A DNA stretch of 64,000 bases from Calditrichia bacterium (GCA_963796965.1 CAWCNS010000004.1:256001-320000); one strand, 5' to 3'. Shown: positions 10,400 through 20,711, numbered from the stretch's first letter. Made by a program: numbers and translations. Notes: a model not told the origin generated them from the letters alone.

Positions 10400-12328
10400 A
10401 TGAAGGTATTATATTTTTCGATGATTTTTATCATCTTAATGTCAATTATCCCCGCATTCTCACAAATCCAAACTACAGTCATGCCTCGGCCTGGTTTTGA
10501 GAGTCGAATTACAGATGCTGTTAATGATATATGGATTATCGATACCCATGAGCATATGGAGACCGAGGAAAGAAGGCTTGAACAAAAAAACCTTGATTTT
10601 ACTTATTTGTTCAAACAATATGCCATCGAGGACCTGGTTTCTGCCAGTAATCTACATGGCCTGATCAGTGTGATATTCTCTGATCATTTTTCATTGAAAG
10701 ATCGTTGGGAGTTGTTCAAACCACATTTTGAAGCGATGAGAACAACCGGTTATGGACGGGTACCGCTTATTGCTGCCAACGATCTATTTGGTATATCGGA
10801 TATAAACGATGATACCTATGCGGAGCTATCGCAGAAAATAAAGGAAGCAGGAAAACCTGGTTATTATAAATATGTATTAAAGGACAGAGCACGCATAGAC
10901 CTCTCTATTCAGGATTCCGGTAAACAAAAATATGATCCTGAGTTTTACAGACATGTGGAACGGTTTGATAATTTTATTTTTATCTTTAATAAAAGTCAGA
11001 TCAGACAAGCAGGCAGTCCATATAAAATAGATGTAAAATCTCTGGATGATTTTGAAACCGCATTGCGTAAGGCCTTCGAAGAAGGCATTGGTCATGAAAT
11101 GGTCGGCATAAAAAGCGGACTTGCTTACAACCGTATTCTCAGATATGATAAAGTCAGTAAAGACGATGCGACGACCATTTTTAACAAACTGATGACCCGC
11201 GATGACTCACTACCCAGGCCTGAGTTTGAAGAAGTTAAACCGTTACAGGATTATATAATGCACTGTGTTTTGGATCTGGCAAAAGAATATGATATGCCTT
11301 TCCAGATTCATACGGGGCTTCATGCTGGCAACGGTAATATCATCACCAATTCAAAACCGACGCACCTTGTAAATCTTTTTATGGAATATCCTGAGGTTAA
11401 TTTCTGCCTTTTCCACAGCAGTTATCCCTATGGAGGAGAACTATCAACCCTGGCAAAAAATTTCCCGAATGTATTTATTGATATGTGTTGGTCTGCGATT
11501 ATATCACCCTCCTATAGTAAGCGTTATCTCCATGAATGGCTGGAAACAGTCCCGGCCAATAAGATTATGGCTTTTGGTGGGGATTTTGGTGGGGTTGAAT
11601 GTATTTATGCCCATTCGGTCATGGCCAGAAGAATAGTAGCTTCTGTGCTGATTGAGAAAGTGGCTGATGGGTATATGACCGAAAAGGAGGCGATTAGCGT
11701 CGCAAACAGGGTCCTACGTGAAAATGCCATGGAGATATTTAAAATTAATGGAAAGTCCCGCGGTATTGCCAATATGGAAGTTTTGCAGAAACCCGGATTC
11801 CTACATGATTGGTGGCAATTACATAAATCTACGGATGGATTGGTTATGAACTGGCAGGTAATCGGTCCATTTGAATTTGGAAAAGGTTTGGAGGAGATCT
11901 ATCCGCCGGAGAAGGAAATTGATCTTGATGCGACATATCAGTCAGCAGATGGGCCAGTTAAATGGAAAAAGATAACCACCCCAACTTCGGGCTATTTGAA
12001 TTTTCTGGATGTTTTCTATAAAAATCCGGAAGATAATCCGGCTGATCTTTCAGCTATTGGGTATGCTTATATCAGGGTTGAAAGTCCCAATGACAGGAAG
12101 ATTCAGTTAACCCTTGGTAGTAATGATGGTGCAAAATTGTGGGTAAACAAAAAGGTCATCTATAATGAGCATGTGGGACGTGGCGCTGTAGCAGATCAGG
12201 TCTTCCTTGATGCTAATCTCAATAAAGGTGTCAATCATATTTTGGTGAAGGTAGAGAATCTTGGTTATAACTGGGGATTGTATCTCCGTGTGGTTGATCC
12301 TAAAAATGAATTGGTTATAAAAAATTAG
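10400..12328 (+). CDS. Secreted amidohydrolase-superfamily protein with a C-terminal beta-sandwich module
   Basis: Signal peptide; IIDTHEH; QIHTG; FHSSYP; FGGD; C-terminal WQVIGPF...GSNDG module. Confidence 0.85.
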   Translation: MKVLYFSMIFIILMSIIPAFSQIQTTVMPRPGFESRITDAVNDIWIIDTHEHMETEERRLEQKNLDFTYLFKQYAIEDLVSASNLHGLISVIFSDHFSLKDRWELFKPHFEAMRTTGYGRVPLIAANDLFGISDINDDTYAELSQKIKEAGKPGYYKYVLKDRARIDLSIQDSGKQKYDPEFYRHVERFDNFIFIFNKSQIRQAGSPYKIDVKSLDDFETALRKAFEEGIGHEMVGIKSGLAYNRILRYDKVSKDDATTIFNKLMTRDDSLPRPEFEEVKPLQDYIMHCVLDLAKEYDMPFQIHTGLHAGNGNIITNSKPTHLVNLFMEYPEVNFCLFHSSYPYGGELSTLAKNFPNVFIDMCWSAIISPSYSKRYLHEWLETVPANKIMAFGGDFGGVECIYAHSVMARRIVASVLIEKVADGYMTEKEAISVANRVLRENAMEIFKINGKSRGIANMEVLQKPGFLHDWWQLHKSTDGLVMNWQVIGPFEFGKGLEEIYPPEKEIDLDATYQSADGPVKWKKITTPTSGYLNFLDVFYKNPEDNPADLSAIGYAYIRVESPNDRKIQLTLGSNDGAKLWVNKKVIYNEHVGRGAVADQVFLDANLNKGVNHILVKVENLGYNWGLYLRVVDPKNELVIKN

Positions 12329-12376
12329 ATAACTCATGATAGTATCATCCCGATTAAATCTGGACATAAAAAAATT

Positions 12377-12472
12377 ACCACAAAGGGCATAAAGAAGGTA
12401 CAATGTACACTAAGAAATATCTCTTAATTAAAAACTTTGTGATCTTAGTGCCTTCTTTGTGCACTTTGTGGT
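12377..12472. repeat. REP-like inverted repeat (9-mer periodic family)
   Basis: accacaaagggcataaagaagg versus ccttctttgtgcactttgtggt (20/22 complementary). Confidence 0.8.
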
Positions 12473-12537
12473 TAAAAAGCAGATAAACAATTGAATAGAT
12501 CATTAGAAAACAGAAAGCATCTATAAAAAGGAAAAAC

Positions 12538-14721
12538 ATGAAAGACCTATTAATCTTTTGTAGTTCGATTCTGATTGTCTTGATTAATGCTGTTTGTTTT
12601 GCACAGAATGACCAGGAACTACCCCTTATTGATATTTCTCAGGAAACCAATCGCCATGTCATTGTAGCAGAGGGAACAGAAGATATTTATCAGGGGCATC
12701 CGACAACGCTTCTATTACCAGATGGGAAAACACTATTTTGTGTATGGAGCATTGGTCATGGAGGTCATGCCGGTCCTATGGCTGTGAGTCGAAACGGTGG
12801 TTTCAGCTGGGAAAGGATCGACGATCAATTACCCACAGGTTTCAAAGAACATATTAATTGTCCGAGTATTTACCGAATGATGGATATGAAAACCGGAAAG
12901 ATCAGGCTTTGGGTGTTTTCTGCCAGACCGACCATGCCCCGAATTATGAGCGAAGATGGCGGAAAAACATGGACTGAAATGCCGCCCCTGGGTTTTGAAT
13001 GTGTAATGACATTCAGTAGCATAATTAGATTATCGGATGGAAACTATCTGGGATTTTATCATCGCCGGAAAGGTTCTTCCTTAGTAGTATTAAAAACCAA
13101 AACAGAGGATGGCGGAATGAGCTGGTCTGAGCCTCAGGTTATAGCAGATGTTGAGGGAAAAGATCCTTGTGAACCTTTTGTTTTTCGGTCCCCCAATAAT
13201 AAAGAGTTATGCTGTCTCATGAGGGAGAATACACATAAAGGTCGCAGTCTGATGATGTTCAGTGGGGATGAAGGGAAATCATGGAGTGATCCTGTTGATA
13301 CACCATGGGGATTATCAGGGGACAGACACATGGGAGTATACACACCGGACGGCCGGTTAGTGATTGCATTTCGCGATATGGCGCCTAATAGTCCAACGTA
13401 TGGGCATTTTGTCGCCTGGGTAGGAACCTATGGCGATATTCGCAATAGTCAACCCGGAGAATACAGGGTGAAGTTATTGAATAGTTATGCCGGTAAAGAT
13501 TGTGGATATCCAGGAATGGAATTATTGCCAGACGGAACAATTGTTGCGACAACATACATCAAATATAGGGACGATAAGAACAAACATTCTGTTGTCAGTA
13601 CACGATTCAAGATTCAGGAAACGGATGTTAAGAATGCAAAGTATATACTGGATAACAGTAAATTAAAGGATGAAGCACCCTTTTTTCACACTCAAATACT
13701 TTATAAATCGGAGCAAGACAATTCGGCCAGAGGTCCGCATATTACGGTAGCTCCTAATGGGACCATTCTGGCATTTGGTCGATGGTGCCGTTCCATCCGG
13801 AGAAGTAAGGATAAAGGTAGGACCTGGTCACCAGAAGAAAGTCTTGGTTTTAAAGGAAATAATGTTTTAGTAGATGATGTATCGGGAGATGTTCTTATCA
13901 TTGCTCCGAATCAGGAAAATCCGTGTCTGTACAGAAGCAGAGATAACGGATATACCTGGAAAAAGGAAAACATTGTTATCAAACCCAATGTAATGCAACA
14001 TGGTATAGGAAAAGTACCCATTGACGTGGAGGCAATGAATACGGGGATTACGCTTAAATACGGGGAGCATAAGGGACGCTTGCTCATCGCCGGACGTTTG
14101 CAGCCCCCGGATGGTGATAATGCTCAGGAATACTGGATGTATAATTACAATGCAGCTCTGTACAGTGATGACAGGGGAAAAACATGGCAGGTGAGTAATG
14201 GAATTATGACCGGGACAGGCGAGGCTGTTCTTGAAGAATTATCGGATGGTAGAATTTACTACAACTCCAGATCGCATATGTCGGTTGATCACAGGCGGCG
14301 TATAGCATGGAGTTACGATGGAGGCAACAGGTTTGTTGACTGGTATGTTTCGGATGACCTTTTTGAGATAGGTGAACCTTTCTACTACAAACACGGAAGC
14401 AGACCAAGTTATGGATGCATGGCGGGTTTAATACGTTTCCCCGATGGTCTAACTGAAGGTAAAGATGTTTTACTATATAGTGCTCCGGATTGGAAAGGCG
14501 GATGGCGTTTTCAAATGACCGTTTGGGCTTCCTTTAATGGTTCTGCCACTTGGCCAATAAAACGTCTTATCGACCAGAGTTTTAGTGCTTACTCATCCCT
14601 GACAGTCGATAAAGATGGTACTATCTATCTGCTTTACGAAGGTGGAGAAAACAAATTGTATGATGAAACAAGTATCGCGGTATTTAATCTTAGGTGGTTA
14701 CTTATGGGAGATGAATACTAA
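12538..14721 (+). CDS. Secreted tandem sialidase-like protein (two BNR/Asp-box beta-propellers, GH33-like)
   Basis: About 9 Asp-boxes ([40 protein letters not shown], etc.); C-terminal SAYSSL...LLYE. Confidence 0.85.
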   Translation: MKDLLIFCSSILIVLINAVCFAQNDQELPLIDISQETNRHVIVAEGTEDIYQGHPTTLLLPDGKTLFCVWSIGHGGHAGPMAVSRNGGFSWERIDDQLPTGFKEHINCPSIYRMMDMKTGKIRLWVFSARPTMPRIMSEDGGKTWTEMPPLGFECVMTFSSIIRLSDGNYLGFYHRRKGSSLVVLKTKTEDGGMSWSEPQVIADVEGKDPCEPFVFRSPNNKELCCLMRENTHKGRSLMMFSGDEGKSWSDPVDTPWGLSGDRHMGVYTPDGRLVIAFRDMAPNSPTYGHFVAWVGTYGDIRNSQPGEYRVKLLNSYAGKDCGYPGMELLPDGTIVATTYIKYRDDKNKHSVVSTRFKIQETDVKNAKYILDNSKLKDEAPFFHTQILYKSEQDNSARGPHITVAPNGTILAFGRWCRSIRRSKDKGRTWSPEESLGFKGNNVLVDDVSGDVLIIAPNQENPCLYRSRDNGYTWKKENIVIKPNVMQHGIGKVPIDVEAMNTGITLKYGEHKGRLLIAGRLQPPDGDNAQEYWMYNYNAALYSDDRGKTWQVSNGIMTGTGEAVLEELSDGRIYYNSRSHMSVDHRRRIAWSYDGGNRFVDWYVSDDLFEIGEPFYYKHGSRPSYGCMAGLIRFPDGLTEGKDVLLYSAPDWKGGWRFQMTVWASFNGSATWPIKRLIDQSFSAYSSLTVDKDGTIYLLYEGGENKLYDETSIAVFNLRWLLMGDEY

Positions 14722-14826
14722 GTTCAAAATAACTTTGTAATGGAGTCGGAATATAAAGAAATACAAAAAAGCAGGGTCATTTTATCTCTTAATTTAATTG
14801 CGTCAAAATAGACAGCTTAAAATAAA

Positions 14827-14841
14827 TGGCACATTATTTGC
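14827..14841 (+). promoter_or_regulatory. Putative sigma54 (-24/-12) promoter
   Basis: TGGCACATTATTTGC fits TGGCAC-N5-TTGC with exact GG-N10-GC spacing, 60 bp upstream of the helicase ATG. Confidence 0.55.
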
Positions 14842-14901
14842 GCATTAAATAGGAAATCTATCAATTAAAACATGAGAATTTATAAAAAAAAGAAATGACC
14901 C

Positions 14902-16611
14902 ATGAACCAAAGTGAAGCTTTAGCGATATTAAAATCAGGTAGAAATGTTTTTCTTACAGGTGCAGCCGGTGCCGGTAAAACACATGTTTTAAACTTGTAT
15001 ATTGGCTATTTAAAAGAACGGAAAGTACCCGTAGCAGTTACGGCTTCCACTGGTATTGCAGCCACTCATATGAACGGAATGACCATCCATGCCTGGTCAG
15101 GGATCGGCATAAAAGATACCATTACAAGCGGCGATCTGCGAAACATGCAGACGAAGAAGTATCTTATAAAGAACCTGAAAAAAGCCCAGGTGCTCATTAT
15201 TGATGAAATATCCATGTTGCATAAAAAGCAATTTGAAATGGTAGATAAAGTATTACGTTCTTTTAGAGAAGACAATACGGTGTTTGGTGGTGTCCAGCTT
15301 GTGCTTTCCGGTGATTTCTTTCAACTACCTCCTATAGGAAGCCAGGGAGAATTCAATAAAGATAAGTTCGCTTTTATGTCGCAAGCCTGGCGGGAAGCCA
15401 ATCTTGCTGTCTGCTACGTAACCGAACAATACCGCCAGGAGGACAATTCTTTAAATGATATTTTGAATGAAATCCGCTGTGATCAGGTATCACCTCATTC
15501 CATGAAAAAATTAGAAGACGCAAAAATGCAAATATTAAACCCACAAAAAAAGCCAACCAAAATGTTTACACACAACTGTGATGTCGAGAAAATAAACAAG
15601 CGTCATTTAAATGAACTTTCAGGTAAAAGCAAACGGTTTAAGGCGGCTGTAAAAGGAAATAAAAAGCTGGTCGAGACCCTAAAAAAATCTGTTCTGACTG
15701 ATGAGGAGCTGGAGGTGAAAAGCGGGGCTAAAGTAATGTTTGTGAAAAATAATTACGAAAAGGGTTATGTTAATGGAACTCTTGGACATATAACGGGATT
15801 CTCCGATGACGGCTTTCCCATCGTAAAAACATTTTCAGGGAAATACATTTATGTTGAACCGGAAGAATGGTCTGTGGAGAATGATACGGGTAAGAATTTA
15901 GCATCGTTCATCCAGTTACCGCTTAGGCTGGCCTGGGCAATTACGGTGCATAAAAGCCAGGGTATGACCCTGGACTCTGCAGAAATTGACCTGGGTAAAA
16001 CTTTTGAAAAAGGACAAGGCTATGTTGCTTTATCTCGATTGAAAACTTTACAGGGCCTGCAGTTAAAAGAGATGAATTTCGTTGCTTTACAAGTTGATCC
16101 TCTAGCAGGTAAGGCTGATAAGCGCTTTCAGGAATTATCCGCAGAAGTGGAAGAAAGTATGCCTGGAAAAAAAGAGATTGATAAGCTGGCCCTGCGCTTT
16201 ATTAAAAAATGCGGTGGGATTACAGATCCGGGAGAAATAGAAAAATTCAGCAAAAAAGTCAAAGAGAAAAAAAATCCTAAAAAATCAACTTATCTGATCA
16301 GTAAGCAACATATTGATAATGGTCTTACCCTAAATGAGATTGCCCGGGAACGCGGTCTGACCAGAAGAACAATAATCGGGCATCTTGCCAAAATAAGAGA
16401 AAAATACCCTGAAACAGATATTTCCACATTTAAACCTGCGGACGCTTTAATGAATAAACTTCAAGATGCCTATGATAAACTGATTGCAGAAAACAATCGT
16501 GAAAACTTTCAACAAAATGGTTTAATATCAATGAAAGCGTTGTTTGATGCTATGGGTGGGAAAGTGAGTTATGAAGATATAAAACTGGGTATGGCCTTCT
16601 TAGTAAAATGA
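14902..16611 (+). CDS. Pif1/RecD-like SF1B helicase with a C-terminal helix-turn-helix domain
   Basis: GAAGAGKT (Walker A), TASTGIAA, IIDEISM, GDFFQLPP, LAWAITVHKSQGMTL, YVALSR. C-terminal IARERGLTRRTIIGHL. Confidence 0.92.
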   Translation: MNQSEALAILKSGRNVFLTGAAGAGKTHVLNLYIGYLKERKVPVAVTASTGIAATHMNGMTIHAWSGIGIKDTITSGDLRNMQTKKYLIKNLKKAQVLIIDEISMLHKKQFEMVDKVLRSFREDNTVFGGVQLVLSGDFFQLPPIGSQGEFNKDKFAFMSQAWREANLAVCYVTEQYRQEDNSLNDILNEIRCDQVSPHSMKKLEDAKMQILNPQKKPTKMFTHNCDVEKINKRHLNELSGKSKRFKAAVKGNKKLVETLKKSVLTDEELEVKSGAKVMFVKNNYEKGYVNGTLGHITGFSDDGFPIVKTFSGKYIYVEPEEWSVENDTGKNLASFIQLPLRLAWAITVHKSQGMTLDSAEIDLGKTFEKGQGYVALSRLKTLQGLQLKEMNFVALQVDPLAGKADKRFQELSAEVEESMPGKKEIDKLALRFIKKCGGITDPGEIEKFSKKVKEKKNPKKSTYLISKQHIDNGLTLNEIARERGLTRRTIIGHLAKIREKYPETDISTFKPADALMNKLQDAYDKLIAENNRENFQQNGLISMKALFDAMGGKVSYEDIKLGMAFLVK

Positions 16612-19574
16612 AAAAATTTACATTTATTATAGTACATATTCTTCTTCTTGTGTTAGGACTCTGTGCACAAGCAAGGGTCTTGCCAGATGAAAGTATAAAG
16701 GCGCAATTTATCAATCGGCTTGAGAAGGGTGAGCATGTGAAAATTGCCGCTCTGGGAACGAGCCTTACAGGAGGTGCCTGGCGCTGGTTTGATGTTATGA
16801 AGGAGTGGCTTGATGAAACCTATCCTGGGCAGGTTTTATACAAAAACGAGGGTGTTGGTGCCTCGGCTTCATCTCATCCACCAGGAAAATCAGGGTTGGA
16901 TAAAGTAAGTGTGCTTGTAGATTTTAAGCCTGATGTTGTTTTTATTGAATTTGCTGTTAATGATGCCTATAAACCCTATGATATTTCCGTGGAGGTTAGC
17001 CGTGCCAATCTGGAATCAATTATACATTCCTTACAATCCATTAATCCTGGGGTGGAAATTATTCTCCAGACTATGAATGTGGTGATAGATATGCCAGAAT
17101 TGAATATGAGTGAGTCCACAAAAAGGGCAGAGCTTCAGCAGTATCTGGCCATGTATAGAAAGGTTGCCAAAAAAAATCGGCTATTACTAATTGATCATTA
17201 CTCTAATTGGGAAAGGTATCTGGAGGAACAAGGGCGAGATGCTTATATAAAGATCGTGAATGATGGTATTCATCCAAGTTTAGAAGGATACCGAAAAATC
17301 CTGTTACCGGAATTAAAACGCACTCTGCAGAACAAATGGCTTCCTGAAAAAGAGGATACCCCCTCATCATCCATTGAAGTGGATGATTTTCTAAGTTCTC
17401 TTAATGGGCATATCCGATTGATAAATTGCCGATACACGGGTTCCAGATTGGTTTCAAGTTTTCGGTACATTTCAAATAGAGAGAAATTTGATGATCAGGA
17501 ATGGCAGAGTAAGATCATTGCGATTCCTGTGGCCTCAGATAACCGGGCTATGGATCTGGATATTGAGTTCCATCTGAAATCTGGTAAGGCCAGGGCAGCT
17601 GGTGTAGCGGTGGCTTTTGACTTTACAAACTGGTATACTGATAATTATGTAATGCTACCTGCTTCTATCTATGATGGGAATCGCTGCAAAATTGTTAACA
17701 GGGAATACAATGCAGGATTGGAACGAAAATATTTATATCAGCAAAACATCCCGCAAATGTCTGTCCCCATCCCACAATTATCACCTGATAGCAAAGGTGT
17801 TTCAAGACTTGAAGTAAATGCCTCAAATTTGGCAACGCCAGCCATGTGTTTTTTTAGCAGAAAACTGAAGCGAGGATTTATTGTTCTGGCTGAGCAAAAA
17901 ACACCCTATGCTGATAATGGATTTTGTGTGGAAGAAAGTGCCGATCGCCAATCATCAAGTTTTGTAATTACGTCTCCGGGCGTTAGAGAAAGAAAACCTC
18001 TCTTCGTCGGATTTGAGGATAGTCCGGATCGTGGTGCGGATCTCGAAGCCGGGGATCAGATTAAGTTGCGGCTACGGATATACATTATTGAATCTGAAGA
18101 TATTCCAAATTTTCTGGAAGAATTTATGAAAGTAAGGAAATCTATAACCGGGCGGAATCAACCTCGTAATTTAATCCCTTTTAGTCAGGTCGTTAGTTGG
18201 ATGACCGACAGAATTGATGACCGTTATTATGAAGATGAAAATTTCCAGTTCTATTGCCCTGAAAATGCCAACTGGATTTCATTCGGTTGGGTGGGTGGGT
18301 TGATGAATACCTACCCAATGCTGGCCTTGGGTGATATAACTCATCGCAATAAAGTTGTTAAGACTTTTGATTTTGCCATACCACGAGGGCAAGGAGATTC
18401 CGGATATTTTTATGGTGCCCTCAATTTTGATGGAGAATGTTTTTCTCGGGAAGGCTATCCTGAAATTCCGGAAATTGTTTTAACCCGCAAAAATGCGGAT
18501 GTCTTATATTGGATGATCAAGCAGTTTAAGCTGCTTGAGGATCAGGGAAATAGTGAATACATCAATCCTTTGTGGGAGGAGCAGATTAAAAAACTTGCTG
18601 ATGCATTTGTAAACACCTGGAAGAAAAACGGTCAATGGGGAAGGATGCTTAATAATCAAACGGGGGTAGTTGCAGAATACAATACTTCCGGAGGGGTTAT
18701 GGCAATTGGTGGTCTGGCCCTGGCATCAGAATATTACGAAAGACCAGATTATTTGAAAATTGCTGAAGCAGCTGCGCGGTTTTACTATCAGCGTGATTAT
18801 TATAATCAGGGCATGACAACCGGTGGCTGTGCGGATATTTTACAAAACGCCGATTCTGAAACGGCAGCAGGTTTTATGACCGCATTAATGGCCTTATATG
18901 AGATAACACACGATAGCGAATGGTTTGACAAATCGAGAAGCCTTGCGCATCTCTGTGCTACCTGGACCACTTCTTATGATTATGAATTACCGAAAGAAAC
19001 GGAACTTGGTTCTCTCAATGCCAAATTAGCAGGAATTTATTGGGCCAGCACTCAAAATAAGCATGGTGCTCCAGGAATCTGTACCAGCTCAGGAGATCCT
19101 CTGTTTAAAATCTACCGCCAAACCGGCAATCCGCTTTATGCAGACTTATTAAATGATATCATTCATGCACATGGTGAAAGTATTCGCCCGGGTGGTTTTA
19201 CCAATGAGCGACTTACATATTGTGATGCCGACAGCCGGGGAGAGAGAGGGAGCCATTTAACTGGGTGGAATGAACTCAATGGATTCCTTATGGCGTTAGA
19301 AATACCGGGGATCTATTTACAAACCGATAGCAACCTGTTTTACGTATTTGACCACATTGAGGCAAAAATCATTAAAAGAGATAATCAGATAGTGGTTCTG
19401 GAGGTCACAAATTCGACGAATTTTGATGCTAATGTTTCAATCTTTGTGGAATCAGCTTCAGCGGCTAAAATCCCCTCAGGTTTATCAGCCTTTACCAAAT
19501 GGCCCAAAGTGTCTGTTAAGTCAAAAGAAAAAAGAGTGATCAGAATTAATTCAAAAACCCAGAAAACCCAGTAA
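16608..19574 (+). CDS. Secreted fusion of an SGNH/GDSL hydrolase and a putative (alpha/alpha)6 glycosidase-like domain
   Basis: Signal peptide; LGTSLT, EFAVND and DGIHP (SGNH blocks). The C-terminal 700 aa are helical and aromatic-rich (GWVGG, HGAPGICT). Confidence 0.75.
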   Translation: MKKFTFIIVHILLLVLGLCAQARVLPDESIKAQFINRLEKGEHVKIAALGTSLTGGAWRWFDVMKEWLDETYPGQVLYKNEGVGASASSHPPGKSGLDKVSVLVDFKPDVVFIEFAVNDAYKPYDISVEVSRANLESIIHSLQSINPGVEIILQTMNVVIDMPELNMSESTKRAELQQYLAMYRKVAKKNRLLLIDHYSNWERYLEEQGRDAYIKIVNDGIHPSLEGYRKILLPELKRTLQNKWLPEKEDTPSSSIEVDDFLSSLNGHIRLINCRYTGSRLVSSFRYISNREKFDDQEWQSKIIAIPVASDNRAMDLDIEFHLKSGKARAAGVAVAFDFTNWYTDNYVMLPASIYDGNRCKIVNREYNAGLERKYLYQQNIPQMSVPIPQLSPDSKGVSRLEVNASNLATPAMCFFSRKLKRGFIVLAEQKTPYADNGFCVEESADRQSSSFVITSPGVRERKPLFVGFEDSPDRGADLEAGDQIKLRLRIYIIESEDIPNFLEEFMKVRKSITGRNQPRNLIPFSQVVSWMTDRIDDRYYEDENFQFYCPENANWISFGWVGGLMNTYPMLALGDITHRNKVVKTFDFAIPRGQGDSGYFYGALNFDGECFSREGYPEIPEIVLTRKNADVLYWMIKQFKLLEDQGNSEYINPLWEEQIKKLADAFVNTWKKNGQWGRMLNNQTGVVAEYNTSGGVMAIGGLALASEYYERPDYLKIAEAAARFYYQRDYYNQGMTTGGCADILQNADSETAAGFMTALMALYEITHDSEWFDKSRSLAHLCATWTTSYDYELPKETELGSLNAKLAGIYWASTQNKHGAPGICTSSGDPLFKIYRQTGNPLYADLLNDIIHAHGESIRPGGFTNERLTYCDADSRGERGSHLTGWNELNGFLMALEIPGIYLQTDSNLFYVFDHIEAKIIKRDNQIVVLEVTNSTNFDANVSIFVESASAAKIPSGLSAFTKWPKVSVKSKEKRVIRINSKTQKTQ

Positions 19575-19585
19575 GATTTCGTTAT

Positions 19586-19666
19586 TAAGGCTACAGCCTT
19601 ATAATATTATTGCATAAATAAGGTTAATGCCTTATATTTTATAATAATATTAAGGGTATAGCCTTA
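19586..19666 (+). promoter_or_regulatory. Three palindromic operator boxes and a sigma70-like promoter for the XRE-Fic pair
   Basis: TAAGGCtacaGCCTTA (19586-19601), TAAGGTtaatGCCTTA (19619-19634), TAAGGGtataGCCTTA (19651-19666). TTGCAT-N17-TATATT at 19610-19638. Confidence 0.75.
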
Positions 19667-20124
19667 TGAAAAAGCAAAAATTAATAATGGAACAACTTGA
19701 TAGGAAGATTGTCAAGTATAAGGGTTTGGAAGAAATAGTCATTCCGCCAACAGGTTGGATATATTCAATCAGACAGGCGCTAAACATGTCATTAAAACAG
19801 TTGGGAAACAGACTATCTATTACACCACAAAGCGTTAGAGAAATTGAAGAAAGAGAAAAAAATAAAACTGTTTCTTTAAAAGTTTTACAACAAGTTGCCG
19901 CTGCGCTTGATATGAACTTTGTTTACGGATTTATACCCAAGGGTTATACCCTGGAAAAAATGATTGAGAAAAAAGCCAATGAACTCGCTACGCATATTGT
20001 TCAACGTACTTCGATCAACATGAGCCTGGAGGATCAAAAAAACTCAGATGAGAGAATTAATCGTGCTATAGAGGATAAAACAGAAGAAATTAAAAATGAA
20101 GTGCCAAAGTACATATGGGACTAG
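19666..20124 (+). CDS. Mobile mystery protein A (XRE-family HTH)
   Basis: PPTGWIYSIRQALNMSLKQLGNRL HTH; MSLEDQ; ends IWD; overlaps the Fic gene. Confidence 0.9.
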   Translation: MKKQKLIMEQLDRKIVKYKGLEEIVIPPTGWIYSIRQALNMSLKQLGNRLSITPQSVREIEEREKNKTVSLKVLQQVAAALDMNFVYGFIPKGYTLEKMIEKKANELATHIVQRTSINMSLEDQKNSDERINRAIEDKTEEIKNEVPKYIWD

Positions 20125-20711
20125 ATCTTGAGTACATCAAGGGGCAAACGCCGATAGATGAGGAGGAACAAGAAGAACTAAAGATTAAAACCATCTCAAC
20201 CAGAAGAGAGTTGAATGAGTTTGAACAAAATAATATTGAGAAAGCTATTGTATGGAGCATAAAACAAAAGTTCTCCTATCACAAAATCCTAACCATTGAT
20301 TTTATCCTCGACGCGCATAAAAAAATGTTTTCTGATGTCTGGGAATGGGCCGGTTCTTTTAGGAAAACTAACAAAAATATTGGTGTTGATAAATATTTAA
20401 TCCAACAAGATTTAAAAGTTTTATTGGATGATTGCATGTTCTGGATAGAAAGAAAAACCTATTCAGGGGATGAGATTGCCATAAGATTTAAACATAGATT
20501 AGTCAAAATCCATCCATTTCCGAATGGCAATGGCCGACATTCAAGGCTTTGTGCGGACATTTTAGTATCTCATGTATTTAACAAACCCGTATTTACATGG
20601 GGAGGAGAAGATTTAAGTAAAAAAGGAATATCACGACATAAATATTTGGAAGCGATCTATGAATCTGATGAAGGTAACCTAAACCCATTATTGGTATTTG
20701 CACGATCATAG
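20115..20711 (+). CDS. Mobile mystery protein B (Fic domain protein)
   Basis: GQTPID, ELNEFEQNNI, VWEWAG; Fic motif HPFPNGNGRHSR; ends FARS. Confidence 0.92.
   Translation: MGLDLEYIKGQTPIDEEEQEELKIKTISTRRELNEFEQNNIEKAIVWSIKQKFSYHKILTIDFILDAHKKMFSDVWEWAGSFRKTNKNIGVDKYLIQQDLKVLLDDCMFWIERKTYSGDEIAIRFKHRLVKIHPFPNGNGRHSRLCADILVSHVFNKPVFTWGGEDLSKKGISRHKYLEAIYESDEGNLNPLLVFARS

Noticed and set aside
14902..20711. Helicase plus Fic pair as an anti-phage defence system or prophage remnant
   Set aside because: They are separated by a 3-kb secreted hydrolase gene, and there is no nuclease partner, integrase or phage gene.
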